DNA of 64,000 nucleotides, from positions 114,948,001-115,012,000 of the forward strand of contig NC_058377.1 in assembly GCF_018350175.1 (NCBI RefSeq), read 5' to 3'. The notes below the pieces were generated by a model. That model saw only the letters and a list, made by a program, of their open reading frames with translations. It was not told where the DNA came from and made no database searches. Below, in pieces: positions 1-10,490 of the stretch. A program made the translations under genes and the position numbers. The first letter of the stretch is position 1. Every line of letters begins with the position of its first letter. This DNA is from Felis catus (taxonomy: Eukaryota).

Positions 1-49
1 GCGGCGCCCCCCAGCTCCAGGACTAATTCCGACTTGGCGTGGGGGGCAG

Positions 50-546
50 CGAGCTGGACACAGAGAACAGCACGAGCTGGACCAAGTCGTCTGAGGGCCG
101 CTTCTGCCTGCAGTGGCCCCACTCGCCTGCCCTGCAGGCCTGGTGAGCGCCACCAGCCCCCACCAGCCCCCCCCACCTCCCCACCCCAGCCCCGTCCTGG
201 CCCCAGCCGCCACCACCAGCCCGTCCCCCCCCACCCACCCACAAGCTTCTGCCCCAGCCCCTCCCCCTGGTCCCCTGTGGCACCCTAGATCCATGGCAGG
301 AACTGGACAGGCAGGGGCGAGGGTGGGGGGGCCTGGGAAGGAAAAAGAGCTGGTGACCAGAGGAGGCACAGTTTGGCCAGATGGGTGGCAGCGTCCAGCC
401 CCTAACCTGGCTGTCTCCACAGGATGCCCCTGAGGGACCCCCTGGATGAGGCCTGGTCTCCCCAGCTGCCTCCTGGACCCGGGTCTGGGGCCGCATTTTC
501 ACAGCCGGCCATGCCTCCTGCTGAGATGTCAAGGATGAGGCCCTGA
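50..546 (+). CDS. SCT: Secretin precursor, last two exons (partial gene; 5' exons lie before the window)
   Basis: Exons 50-142 and 423-546 have AG/GT sites and matching phases. They translate to (S)ELDTENSTSWTKSSEGRFCLQWPHSPALQAW-MPLRDPLDEAWSPQLPPGPG...RP*, resembling the recalled human C-terminal propeptide SEQDAENSMAWTRLSAGLLC...ILQAWMPLDGTWSPWLPPGP. Position next to CDHR5 fits synteny. Confidence 0.9.
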
Positions 547-643
547 GGAAGAAGGAGCCTCCCCCACTGTCTGCAAGGGGAGCACCGTGGAGTCCAGGCC
601 AGGGAGGGGTGGAGCGGGAGGAGGAGGGGTTGCACCTGTCACC

Positions 644-649
644 AATAAA
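644..649 (+). terminator. Polyadenylation signal of SCT
   Basis: AATAAA about 100 nt after the SCT stop codon. Confidence 0.8.
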
Positions 650-1069
650 GGAGGAATTCAGACACCGGCCCCATGAGCTCACTCAGTGCGCCATCTCTGT
701 GCGATCAAGGCAGCCCTGCAGGGCGGAAGGACCCTGTCCACAGGTTCTGGGGCTGCAGCCACACCCAGCTGCCCTTTAAACCTGGGAAGCCAGCAGGGCG
801 CCTCACCTTCCTTATCTCTCCTGTCCCGTTGGCCGAGCTCCCCAGAGACAGTCTGCACCCCTGTCATCTACTCCGCACTCAGGGGCCCTGGGTGGGTGGG
901 GGGCACAGGATGTCTTCCAGCCCCGGCCCCAGGGCCCTGCAGTCAGTGTGCCGGGCAGGTGGTGGAGGCAGTCTGAGGGGGCACGGAGAGCGACAGGACT
1001 GTCACCTAGGGGCTCAGGAGTCCACTCCAGAGAGACAGAGAGAGACCCAAGCGTATGTCTTGGCTCCTG

Positions 1070-1140
1070 GTCCGAGCTCTGTGGCCTCAGACAAGTGGCT
1101 TGACCACTCTGAGTCTGTGGAATGGGGACGGTGATGACAC
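1070..1140 (+). mobile_element. MIR (ancient SINE) fragment
   Basis: ctctgtggcctcagacaagtggcttgaccactctgagtctg...tggaatgggga resembles the MIR core; judged by eye. Confidence 0.5.
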
Positions 1141-2109
1141 TCCAAGTGGTGCTGGGGTCGCTGGAAGCCATGGAGGCCCTCCCAGCGCAGGCAGAGGCGC
1201 CAGGAGCCCCCAGTGCAGCAGCAGCAGCAGCAGAGCAAAGGCCTAGAGACCCGAAGGCCCACGACCGCCACGGTCACGGCAGCCCCTCTCCTGTCCCCAT
1301 CCAGTGGCCTCTCCCCAGCTGCTGAGAGCTTGGGGGGGCCCTTGGGGGTAGGGCAGTCGGGTGCCTGGGCCCGGGAGCCTTGCCAGGACCCCCTCTTTGT
1401 CAAGCTCCAGAGCCCATGGGGAGCTGGGTTGCCCCCCCAGGAGCCTGCAGCTGCCTGATGCCATCCCCATCATGGTGGCCCTGCCCAGCCCCCCTTGGAG
1501 GAGAATGGCTTGTTTCCAAGACAGGCAGGGGTAACCCCGGACACAAACAACCTTTTCTTTCCGGACCTAGGTGGTTGGTGTGGGAAGAGGGTGGTCCTGC
1601 CGGGAGCACCTGGGCCCTGAAGCTGGCTCCCAGATGATTCGGGCAGAAGCGTCCAGCAGAGGGGCAGCAGGCCTGGGGGGTGGGCACAGCAGACACAGGA
1701 GCCAGGGCTGAGGCCCCGCCCCAGTCCCCGCTCCTCCAGGCTCTAACGCCCTGCCCCAGCTTCTGCCCCCCCCAGGCATACCCCCAGCCACCCCCCCCAC
1801 CCCCCTCCCCCAGCCAGGCCCACGGTGCCCTGATCAGCTCTCTGAGCGACTTCCGCCTCCCGCTTTGGCGTCTGTGAGTTGAGCCCCCGTGGGCCCCCAC
1901 ATGTGGCCCAGCTGGGCAACCACCAGGTCTCCCCTCCTGGCCACGGGCAGGGCCTGGCCAGGCGGCCGGCGAGAGCCCCCTTGGTGGAGGCCGGTGGCTT
2001 GTAAAGGATCATAACGTGGGGCGGTGCCCGGCAGGGGCGAAGGTCGCCCAGCCTGAGAAGGCACCAGCACCAGCGGCTCAGAGGGTCCCGCTGGCGGACG
2101 GCCGCCGAG

Positions 2110-5100
2110 ATGGGGGCTTGGGCCCTGCTGCTGCCGCTGCTCGTGGCCACGGCCCAGGCCCAGGGTACCTGCGGGGCGGTGGCGGTGGAGCTGGGCAGCA
2201 GGCGGGTGGCGGGAGGGCACTGACCCCTCCTCTCCCACTCTCCAGTCTGCTCTGTGAGCAACACCTACTTCGAAGTCCCGGAGAACGCGAATCAGAGCGA
2301 GCCCCTGGCTGACATCTATGCCCCTGAAGGCCAGCAGGTGACCCTCGGACCCTCATCCACCCCCTTGGCGTTTCGGATCCAGGGGACTCAGCTGTTCCTC
2401 AATGTGACTCCCGACTACGAGGTGTGGATGGCGGGCCTAGGCGGGGCACCCCCGTTGGGGCAGCTGGGGGGCTCTCCCTCCACAGGACCTGTGCGGGCAC
2501 CCACACTCCCCCCCCCCCCCGGAGAACGGCTTTTCCAGGGTCTTTGGGTTTCAGTCTGTCCAGGGGTCCTGACGGTTCTGTGCCCGCCCGGCAATGACCC
2601 AGCCCTCTTGGGCCTCAAGGCTTCGTGGAGCACAGACCCCAGGGGGCGTGGGGCCCTTGGGGGCGCCGAGTGACCTCTGGGCTTAGCACTGATGCCGGGG
2701 CCCCCGGGTGAGCGCCTGACCCTCTCAGCCTGTCTCCTCGCTTGTGAAGCGGGGCCAGCGCGCTGCGATCGGTGGGGCAGGTGATCTCTGACGCCTGTCT
2801 GTCCCCCACCCCCCCAGAAGCACACGACGCTGCAGGCACAGCTGGAGTGCAGAAGAGGTGACACCGTGGTGAGTCCCCCCCATCCCAGCCTGTGCTGCCA
2901 CCCTGACCCTGTGACATCAGAGCACTCTGCCTGGTCCAGGGCCACTCCCTGGTGACCTCACCCTGTGGCGTGTTTTCAAGAGTCCCTCCCGGCTTGGCGC
3001 CCACACTTCCTCCAGCCCAGACGCTGCCCTGGGCTCCAGACCCCCCCCCCAACACGGGAGGAGCGTCACCCTTCTGGTTCCTTCGCCCCCCACTGCCCCC
3101 TCACGTCTAGCAGCAAATCTGGTCGCTCTGCCTCAAGCTGGACTCTAAGCTGACCAGACCCTTGGCCACCAGCATCTCCTTTCTAGAAACTGACAACTGG
3201 TCTGCTCGCTCCCCTCTCGGCCTTGGCCACCCCAGTCCAGTCTCATCGTGGCAGGACGATGTGATCAAGCAAGCGGCCCATCCCTGCCCTGGACGCCCCC
3301 GGCTGCTTTCTCACTTAGAGCCAAGGCCAAGTGCGTTGTGCGGTGGGCAAGGCTGGGTGCATGGACCCCGACCCCGCTCCAGCTGGCCCTGTGCCCTCTC
3401 CCCGGATGTGCACCTGCCTGCCTCTCTCACCATCTCTTGACCAGTCTATTCCAAGCTGCAACCCCAGCCCCATGCACCTGTCAGCTCACAGGAACCACTG
3501 TCCACTCTCCCTGTCCTCGAGGCCTGTGGGTGTCCCCCACAGACATCATGGCACACCGCCCACAAGTATCTCGGGACGAGTCTCTGAAAGACAAGGACCC
3601 TTCTTAGACACGACCGTCACATTGTTGTCACCTGGAAAAAGAAACTTCTCGGCATCACAAGACCCCCGATGTCCGCCTCTCCCCGCAGTGGAGGTCTTTC
3701 CCAGTCTGTTGAGTCAAGACCCCAGGGTGGCCACCTAATGAGACTGGCCGCTCTGTGTCTCAAGCCTCTTTCCTCCCTTCTTCCCTCCCTCCCTCTTTCT
3801 TTCTTGTTAAAGTTTATTTATTTAAGTAGTCTCTATGCCCAACGTGGGGCTCGAACTCACGGCCCCGAGATGAAGAGTCGCGCGCTCCCTCTTAGGCCGC
3901 TTTCAACCTGTGTGTTCTCCTTTCTGTTTTCCTTTTCCTTTGAGAATTATTCTCGAGGCAACTCGACTGCTTCACCATCGCTCTCAGTCGGGATTTCGCT
4001 GGCCACCCTCCTGCCCCGCCCACCCGTGCCCGGTTACTTTTCTCCAGGGTACTCACCACCTCCTGTGCTCAGTAGTCGCTTCCTGCTGTCCGTCCGCAGT
4101 CCCTGTGAACTGTACCCCAGGCCATCGGAGCGGCCCTCCGCTGGGGTGGGGACCTGCGGGGAGGAAGCTGACCGCCACCCTGTCCCCCTAGGTGACCCTG
4201 CTGAGGGTGTTTGTGTTGGTGTTGGACATCAATGACAACGCACCCGTGTTCCCCTTTGTGACCAAGGTTGAGAATGTCTCTGAGGTGAGTGAGGGGAGCC
4301 AGGGGCGAGGGGCCGGACAGCAGAGAGCTAGTGGCCGTGGCTTGGCCTCAGAGATCAGTCCATGGGGGGGCAGGGGTACAGCTGGACCACTCCCCCTCCG
4401 TGCCCCCAGGACACTAAAGTGAACACCATCGTCGTCCCTGAGACCAAGCTGGAGGCCCACGATCCCGACAAGAGTGACATCTTGTTCTATACCCTCCAGG
4501 AGGTGACCCCGGTCAGTGTCCCCCGCCTCCGCACCAGCCCCCGACCCTCCCTTCGGCCCCCGCCCCGCCCCGGGTCCTCCCAGGGTCTCAGGCTGAGCCC
4601 CATCCCCCTCCCACCTCCCCAGGGCGCCAGTAACTTCTTCTCCTTGGTGGGCACCAACCTCCCCGCCCTGCGGCTGGACCGGTCCCTGGACTTCTACCGG
4701 TGTCAGAACATGACCTTTCAGCTGCTGGTGTGGGTAAGCAGGCCTGGGCACTCAAGCCCCCACCTGAGCCGCCCCCAGCCCGGGGCTCCCGGGCCTGACC
4801 CGGCCGGGTTCGGCTGTTGCAGGACACAGAGGAGCAGAACGTGGCACCCAGCCACACGGCCACGGCCACCGTGATCCTGGAGGTGCAGCCTGCTGACCTT
4901 CGGCCCCCCTGGTTCCTGCCCTGTGCCTATTCAGACACTTACGTCTGCATCCAAGCCGAGTACCACGGGGCTGTCCCCACAGGGCACACGCTGGTACTGG
5001 GGGCAGGGAGGGGCAGAATGGGCACCGGGGGAGTGGCCTGGGTGCCAAGTTTGGTTGTCGTTTTTATGTGGACATCCCTTCGAAAGCCAGTCGCACCCAA

Positions 5101-8100
5101 CCCGGGATGGGGAGACGTGAACAGCCTCTCTGACCTTGGAGGGAGGGCGCAGGCTCAGCTGTCCTGGGGTGGAGCCAGACAGCCCCTGGAGACCCAGAGG
5201 GTGGTGGCTTGGAGGGGCCACGGCGGTGCTCCAGGGGGCAGCCGCCTCTCTGACCGGTTGACTGTCCCCTCTGGGCCCCGAGAGTCACCTTGAGGCAGCG
5301 GAGGGCAGCGGGGCCTGGACGCGGGCTCCAGGGCCTCCCGCCGTACGGAGGATCCCTGAGCCCAGACCCTGTGTGACCTCTTCCTGTCCCGCGCCTGTGC
5401 TGCCTCTCCAAACTCGAGCTGTTCGGATCAATCCGATCAGAACTGGCCGGGTCCCAGAGGATGTGGTCAGCAGTCGTGAGAGACGGCCAGCTGCCCCCTT
5501 GAGGGGAGCGGGAGGGGGCGAGCTAGGGCCGTCACACCAGCCCCATGGTGCCTCCTCCTGTCCCCGTTCCCACAGCAAGGCCCCCTCACCCTGCGTCCTG
5601 GGCCCATCTATGCCGTGGACGGGGACTGGGGCATCAACCAGCGCATCCTCTATAGCATCGTGAGTGGTGAGTGTGCGCCACAGCCCTGCTTCTGTCCCCA
5701 CGCGACGTCCGGGACCCCATCCCCACCATGGGCGGAGGAAGCCCCAGGGGCACCTGCCGGGTGGGCAGAGCCAGCTGGGACTCTAGGCCTCAGGCCTCCA
5801 GAGGGACCGAGAGGCCAGACGCTGCCACCACCCTCACAGAACGAGACGACGGCACGTTTGCCATAGACGCTGACTCGGGCAACCTCACCATGACCGGGGT
5901 CGTCCGCAGCCCAAAGACCTTCACTCTGCTGGTCAAGGTGGGCCCCCGGCCAGGCCTCCAAGCGCCCCTCCCGAGCTCCGGGCTGCGGCGCCCGCCCCTC
6001 CAGAACCTGCTGGTCACCGCGGCCTCCCCCACCCCTAGGGCGAGCAGGCCGACCACGCCCGCTACTCGGTGACCCGGGTCACGATCGAGGCCCGGAATGC
6101 CAACGGGAGCCTGCTCCAGTTCCCCGAGAGCCGGTACCGCGGCACCGTGGCGCTCGGCTCTGGCGCGGGCGTCCCGGTCAGGGACGCGGCCTCCCCCTCC
6201 CAGCCTCTGAGGATCTGGGCCTGGGACCCTGAGTTCCCGGTAGGCAGCGGCCCCTCTGTGGGCGGGCTGGGGGGCAGTGGGGGCAGTCCGGGCCCAGGAC
6301 TCACTGGGACAGTGTCCAGGACTTGGACTCCGCCACCACCTATCGTATCACCAATAACACCAACTTCCGGATGGACGGCGAGACCGTGGTGACCGCTGCC
6401 CTGCTGGCAGACGAGGGGGTCTTCTATGCAGAGGTGAGGGCAGGGGGACTTCTCCGAGGGGCAGGGATTAAGGCGGGGCCTTCGAGGGACAAGCCCCCTC
6501 TCTGCCCCAGGTCGAGGCCACGAACACAGTGACCGCAAGTGGAGCAACCACAGTGGCGGAAATTCAGGTCCTAGAAGGGGAGGCGCCCACCCCCACAGGT
6601 GAGCCTCCGGGGGACCCGGGGGACGGCTCAGCGGCGGGAGGGGGGGCTTTCTGCCACAGCCAGGGCGGTGCCTTCCCTGAGGCAGGCACGCTGGGGGCAG
6701 AGGCAAGCCCGCATCCTGCCCCTGGCCCCCAGGTCCCCCAGAGCCCCCCACATCCCCAGAGGCTGGAGGAACATCGAGCAGAGCCACCACTGCGGAAGCC
6801 TCCAGGCCCCCGGGGCCCTCTCAGGGGTCCTCCACGACCCGTTCTGGGTGGAGCACCGGCCCGCACCCTCCCTCGGGCACAACTCTGAGGCCACCTGCCT
6901 CATCTACGCCTGGGAGGCCCCCCAGTGTGGGAACCGGCACCTCCCTCCCACCAGCCTCACCCAGCGGGGGCTCAACACAGACGCTGAAGCCAGGAACCTC
7001 TCAGCCGATGTCCCCTGGGCCCAGCGGGGCCCCCCAGCCCTCAGGTAGCACCTCCCGGTTGCCCTAGAGTCACCCGGATGCCCCCTGACTCATACCGTGA
7101 GTGGTCCTGGGAATAACAGCAGGGAGGCTCCACCCCAGGTTGGCCTGGCAGGACCACGCCGACCGTAGGCCGCAAGGGAGTCCGCTCTGGTCCGGGCAGA
7201 GACGGGTTCGGGGGCCCCAACAAGGTAAACTGGGAAGGTGTGTGGAGGGTGGGGCAGAAGCCAGATTTGGGATCGAGGAGCCCCACAATTCCAGGCCCCA
7301 GCACTGCCTTCAACCGCCTTCCTAGGGTGCTAGGCCCCTGCCTTCCCCTTGGAGCCAGGGGGCACGGATCCCCAGCTCCCTTGCCTCCCTTCAGCAGCCT
7401 GCCCCCCCCCAGGGCCCCTGGGAACACACAGCCCCTTAGTTGGGGTGTCAGTAGCACCCACTCCCCAGAACCGCAGCTCTGGGAGGACGCCAAGCCCGGC
7501 TCGCGCTCGAGGCGTCCAGAGCCTGGTGCAGGCTGGGAAGAGCCAGAGGCGCCAACGGTAAGTGGCTGTCGGTGCCGCAGGGACGCCAGAGCCTGGAGGA
7601 GGCAGCACGGCAGGGGACAGCAAGCCAGGTGTCGGCCACACTGAGGACCAGCGCTTCTCCACCATGGAGATGGCGGCCCTGGGCGGGGTGCTGGGCGCGC
7701 TGCTGGTTCTGACTCTGATCGCCCTCCTGATCCTCGTCCATAAGCATTACGGCCACCGGTTCAAGTGCTGCTCTGGTAAAGCTCAGGTGAGGCCCCGGGG
7801 CCCGGGGGGGAGCAGGCAGGACAGGGACAGGGGAAGAGAGAGACAGGGACAGAGAAAGACAAGGAGACAGGGCTGTGCAGGTGAGGACCGAGCCACAGAA
7901 AGATGGAGAGGGGGACAGAGGAAGACGGAAAAGGGGCAGGAGAGGGAGGCGAGGAGACACGGGGTGCAGACACCGTAGCCCACGGAACGGGGAGGAGGCC
8001 GAAAGAGGCAGAGAAAGGAAGGACGAGAGCCTGGATCCTTGTCTCTGGGGAGGGCACCAGGGGTGGGGCCCAGCCCAGGCCTGGGGTCCTGGTTGATGTC

Positions 8101-8561
8101 CTGGCTGCCCCTCCCCTCCCCAGGAGCACCAGCACCCCCAGCTCTTGGGCTTTGACAACCAGGCCTTCCATGCTCCCCAAGAGTCCAACTGGGCACCGGC
8201 TCCCAGCCCCTCACCTGCCCCCACCCCGGCTGTGGCCCCGGAGCCTGCGCCCCTGGAGCCCCCCAGCCTCCAGTCCCTGGACCCTGCCTCCGAGTCCCCC
8301 GAGGTGGCCCGGGATGGGGGCGGCCCCGCGGCTGTGAGGTCCATCCTGACCAAGGAGCGGCGGCCCGAGGGCGGCTACAAGGCCGTGTGGTTTGGCGAGG
8401 ACATCGGGGCCGAGGCCGACGTGGTGGTCCTCAACACGCCCGCCTCGGACGCGGCCGGCGCTGCCGACTCTGGCAGCGAGGACAGCAGTGACGAGGCCGA
8501 GGCCGAGGCCGAGGGCCCGGGCGGGGGTTCCCGCGACGACGCCAGCTCCACCTACGTGTAG
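2110..8561 (+). CDS. CDHR5: Cadherin-related family member 5 (mucin-like protocadherin), 15 coding exons
   Basis: Exons: 2110-2164, 2246-2421, 2818-2868, 4192-4284, 4410-4511, 4623-4733, 4823-4993, 5576-5666, 5840-5937, 6039-6239, 6320-6433, 6511-6598, 6742-7044 (mucin-like), 7629 (or 7581)-7786, 8124-8561. All GT-AG and the frame closes. Protein has signal peptide MGAWALLLPLLVATAQAQ, cadherin motifs (DINDNAPVF, DYE), TM segment MAALGGVLGALLVLTLIALLILV, the tail motif VRSILTKERRPEGGYKAVWFGEDIG and C-terminal PDZ-type motif STYV. Confidence 0.95.
3800..3895 (-). mobile_element. Carnivore tRNA-derived SINE fragment in CDHR5 intron 3
   Basis: tttatttatttaagtagtctctatgcccaacgtggggctcgaactcacggccccgagatgaagagtcgc is the antisense of an older CAN-SINE with an A-rich tail. 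Confidence 0.75.
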
Positions 8562-8637
8562 CTGGGCTCCCTGCGTCCCTCGCTGGCCCACCCTGAGGTC
8601 GGCTGGGCTGCTCGCCCACCCCCACTGCACCATGCAC

Positions 8638-8643
8638 AATAAA
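8638..8643 (+). terminator. Polyadenylation signal of CDHR5
   Basis: AATAAA about 75 nt after the stop codon. Confidence 0.8.
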
Positions 8644-9479
8644 GCGACGATTTCCAAGCTCGGCTGCGCCAAAGTCGATGGGCGGCCGGGGCGCGCAGGG
8701 TCCCCCTGGAGCTGCCGCCGGTGGGAGGTGACAGCGCGGCCCATATGCTGGTACGTCCCCGGCCCCTGCCTGCCGGGCGAGGCCGCTTCCCGTAAACCAC
8801 CTGCTGTGCCTGCCAGCCAAGGGGCTTCCCAGGCCGGTGCCAGCTGGTGGCCCAGTTCCTCTCCTGGTCTAACCGCGCTGGAGGGGGGGCACCCTGCGCT
8901 GTGGATCCCCCCTCCCGACACGACATGCAGATTCTTGGCCTTGGGGAAACTGAGGAGCCGCCCTCAGGAACTCAGTTTGGAGAGCAAGGTCCCTGGGGAC
9001 CTTCCAGGGGGTCACAGCCAGTGTTTCGGTGAGGTTCGGTGCAGAAAGCAAGCACCGTGCTCTGAGGCACTTGGCCCTGGCGTCTGGGCTGTGACCTGTG
9101 GCTCTGAGCAGAGGCTTGCCTGGGGTGACAGGAGCTGGGAGTGGGCAGCAGGCCCAGGCCGTGGGCCAGCATGGCAGGTGGGGCCGGTCGGCTACAATCA
9201 GAGGCCGAGGGGAACCAGAACCACGGAGTAAGGGACAGAGCCCCCTCTACTGGCCTCCCCAGGGGAGGACCGCCGGCAGGACTTCCTCTCTGAAGGCCAC
9301 CACACACTGTCTCTCTGGATCGTCAGTGTTTTTCCTAATGAAAAGTCATCACGAATCTCTTTGCAAATGTCTTCTCAAGGGCACTCGAGTGCTCTTGTCT
9401 GAACAGTTCCCATCAAGACTCCAAGCCGTACAGCTGCCACATGCCCCACGCTGTCTCCCTTTGCCCACTTTTCCTTGAG

Positions 9480-10490
9480 AAAAGAAGCGCCGGGTTTCGT
9501 GCGAGGTTCCCCAGCGCCTCCCCCCAGCCCCTCCGCTAGTCGCCAGGGGCCCCCGGCCGGCGGCATGTGCGGGAGGCGCCTTGAGGGAGAGGAGTGACTG
9601 GACCCCGCAGGGCCGGCCCCTCCCGCCGCCCCTCCGCGACGCCCGCCCGCACCCAGGAGCTGGCGCGAGGGGCCTGGGGCACCGTCGTCCGGAGCACGTG
9701 ACTTCCTCGGCTGCACCTGCAGCCCCCTCCCCCCCGCCCCCCGCCGGACCCGCCCCCGGCCCGCCCCCGCCTCGCCTCCATAAAAGCGCTGGTTCCCGGC
9801 CTCCCGGGAAGACGAACCGCCCGCCCCGGTGACCCGGCGCCCAGGTACGTGTGGGGCGAGCGGCGCGGCGCGGCGACGGGGAGGGTCCGGCCGGGGGAGT
9901 CGGGTCGGGACTGAGAGGTAGGGGCGCTGCCGGCGGAGGCCTCCCCCCTCCCGCCCCACGAAGGTTTAGGTTTCGCTTTCCCGCCGCCCGCGGTTTCGCT
10001 TTCCCGCCGCCGGAGGTTTCGCTTTCCTGGCGTCCCGGGCGCGCCCCCCTCCCCGCCCCCCGCGAGCGGCCGTCCCGTCGTGTCTCCGCAGGGTCCCGCC
10101 AGAGCCCTGGCGCCGCGTCTGGGCTCTGGCTCCACACCTGTGACTTCATGCGTGCGGCCGCTCGGATCCCGCACATTTGTGATCACAGCACGGCCGCCGC
10201 CGGCAAGAATCCCACTCCTTGGCGACGTCGTGGCCATCAGCCCTCCCCCCGCGTCTGTGGTCCCAACACCTTGACAACGGGGCCACGCCTGCGACATCTT
10301 CGGTGACACGCGGGGAGCCCCTGTCACCCGTGCCCAGCCCTCCCAGCACCGCCCCCCGCCCCCTCCGCCCAGGGCTTCGGAGGGAGTCATGGCCGCGGCT
10401 CCCGAAAGGTGAGCGCCTGTCCCACCGCCAGGGTGCGCGGCCACGCCACCCGGCCCGCCGCGCCCTGACCCCGCCGGTCCTCCGCCCGCA
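9480..10490 (+). promoter_or_regulatory. IRF7 CpG-island promoter, non-coding exon 1 and intron 1
   Basis: CpG-dense region with Sp1 GC boxes (9730-9770), CACGTGAC E-box at 9695, TATA-like CATAAAAG near 9779, and a donor CAG|GTACGT at 9844/9845. Confidence 0.75.
9963..10037 (+). promoter_or_regulatory. Triple ISRE/IRF-E array in IRF7 intron 1
   Basis: GGTTTCGCTTTCC (GGAAAGCGAAACC on the minus strand; ISRE consensus GAAANNGAAA) occurs at 9969, 9992 and 10015. Confidence 0.9.

Noticed and set aside
9969-10037. Periodic repeat-spacer pattern as a CRISPR-like array
   Set aside because: Eukaryotic locus, spacers only 10 bp and mutually similar, no cas genes; fully explained as tandem ISREs.
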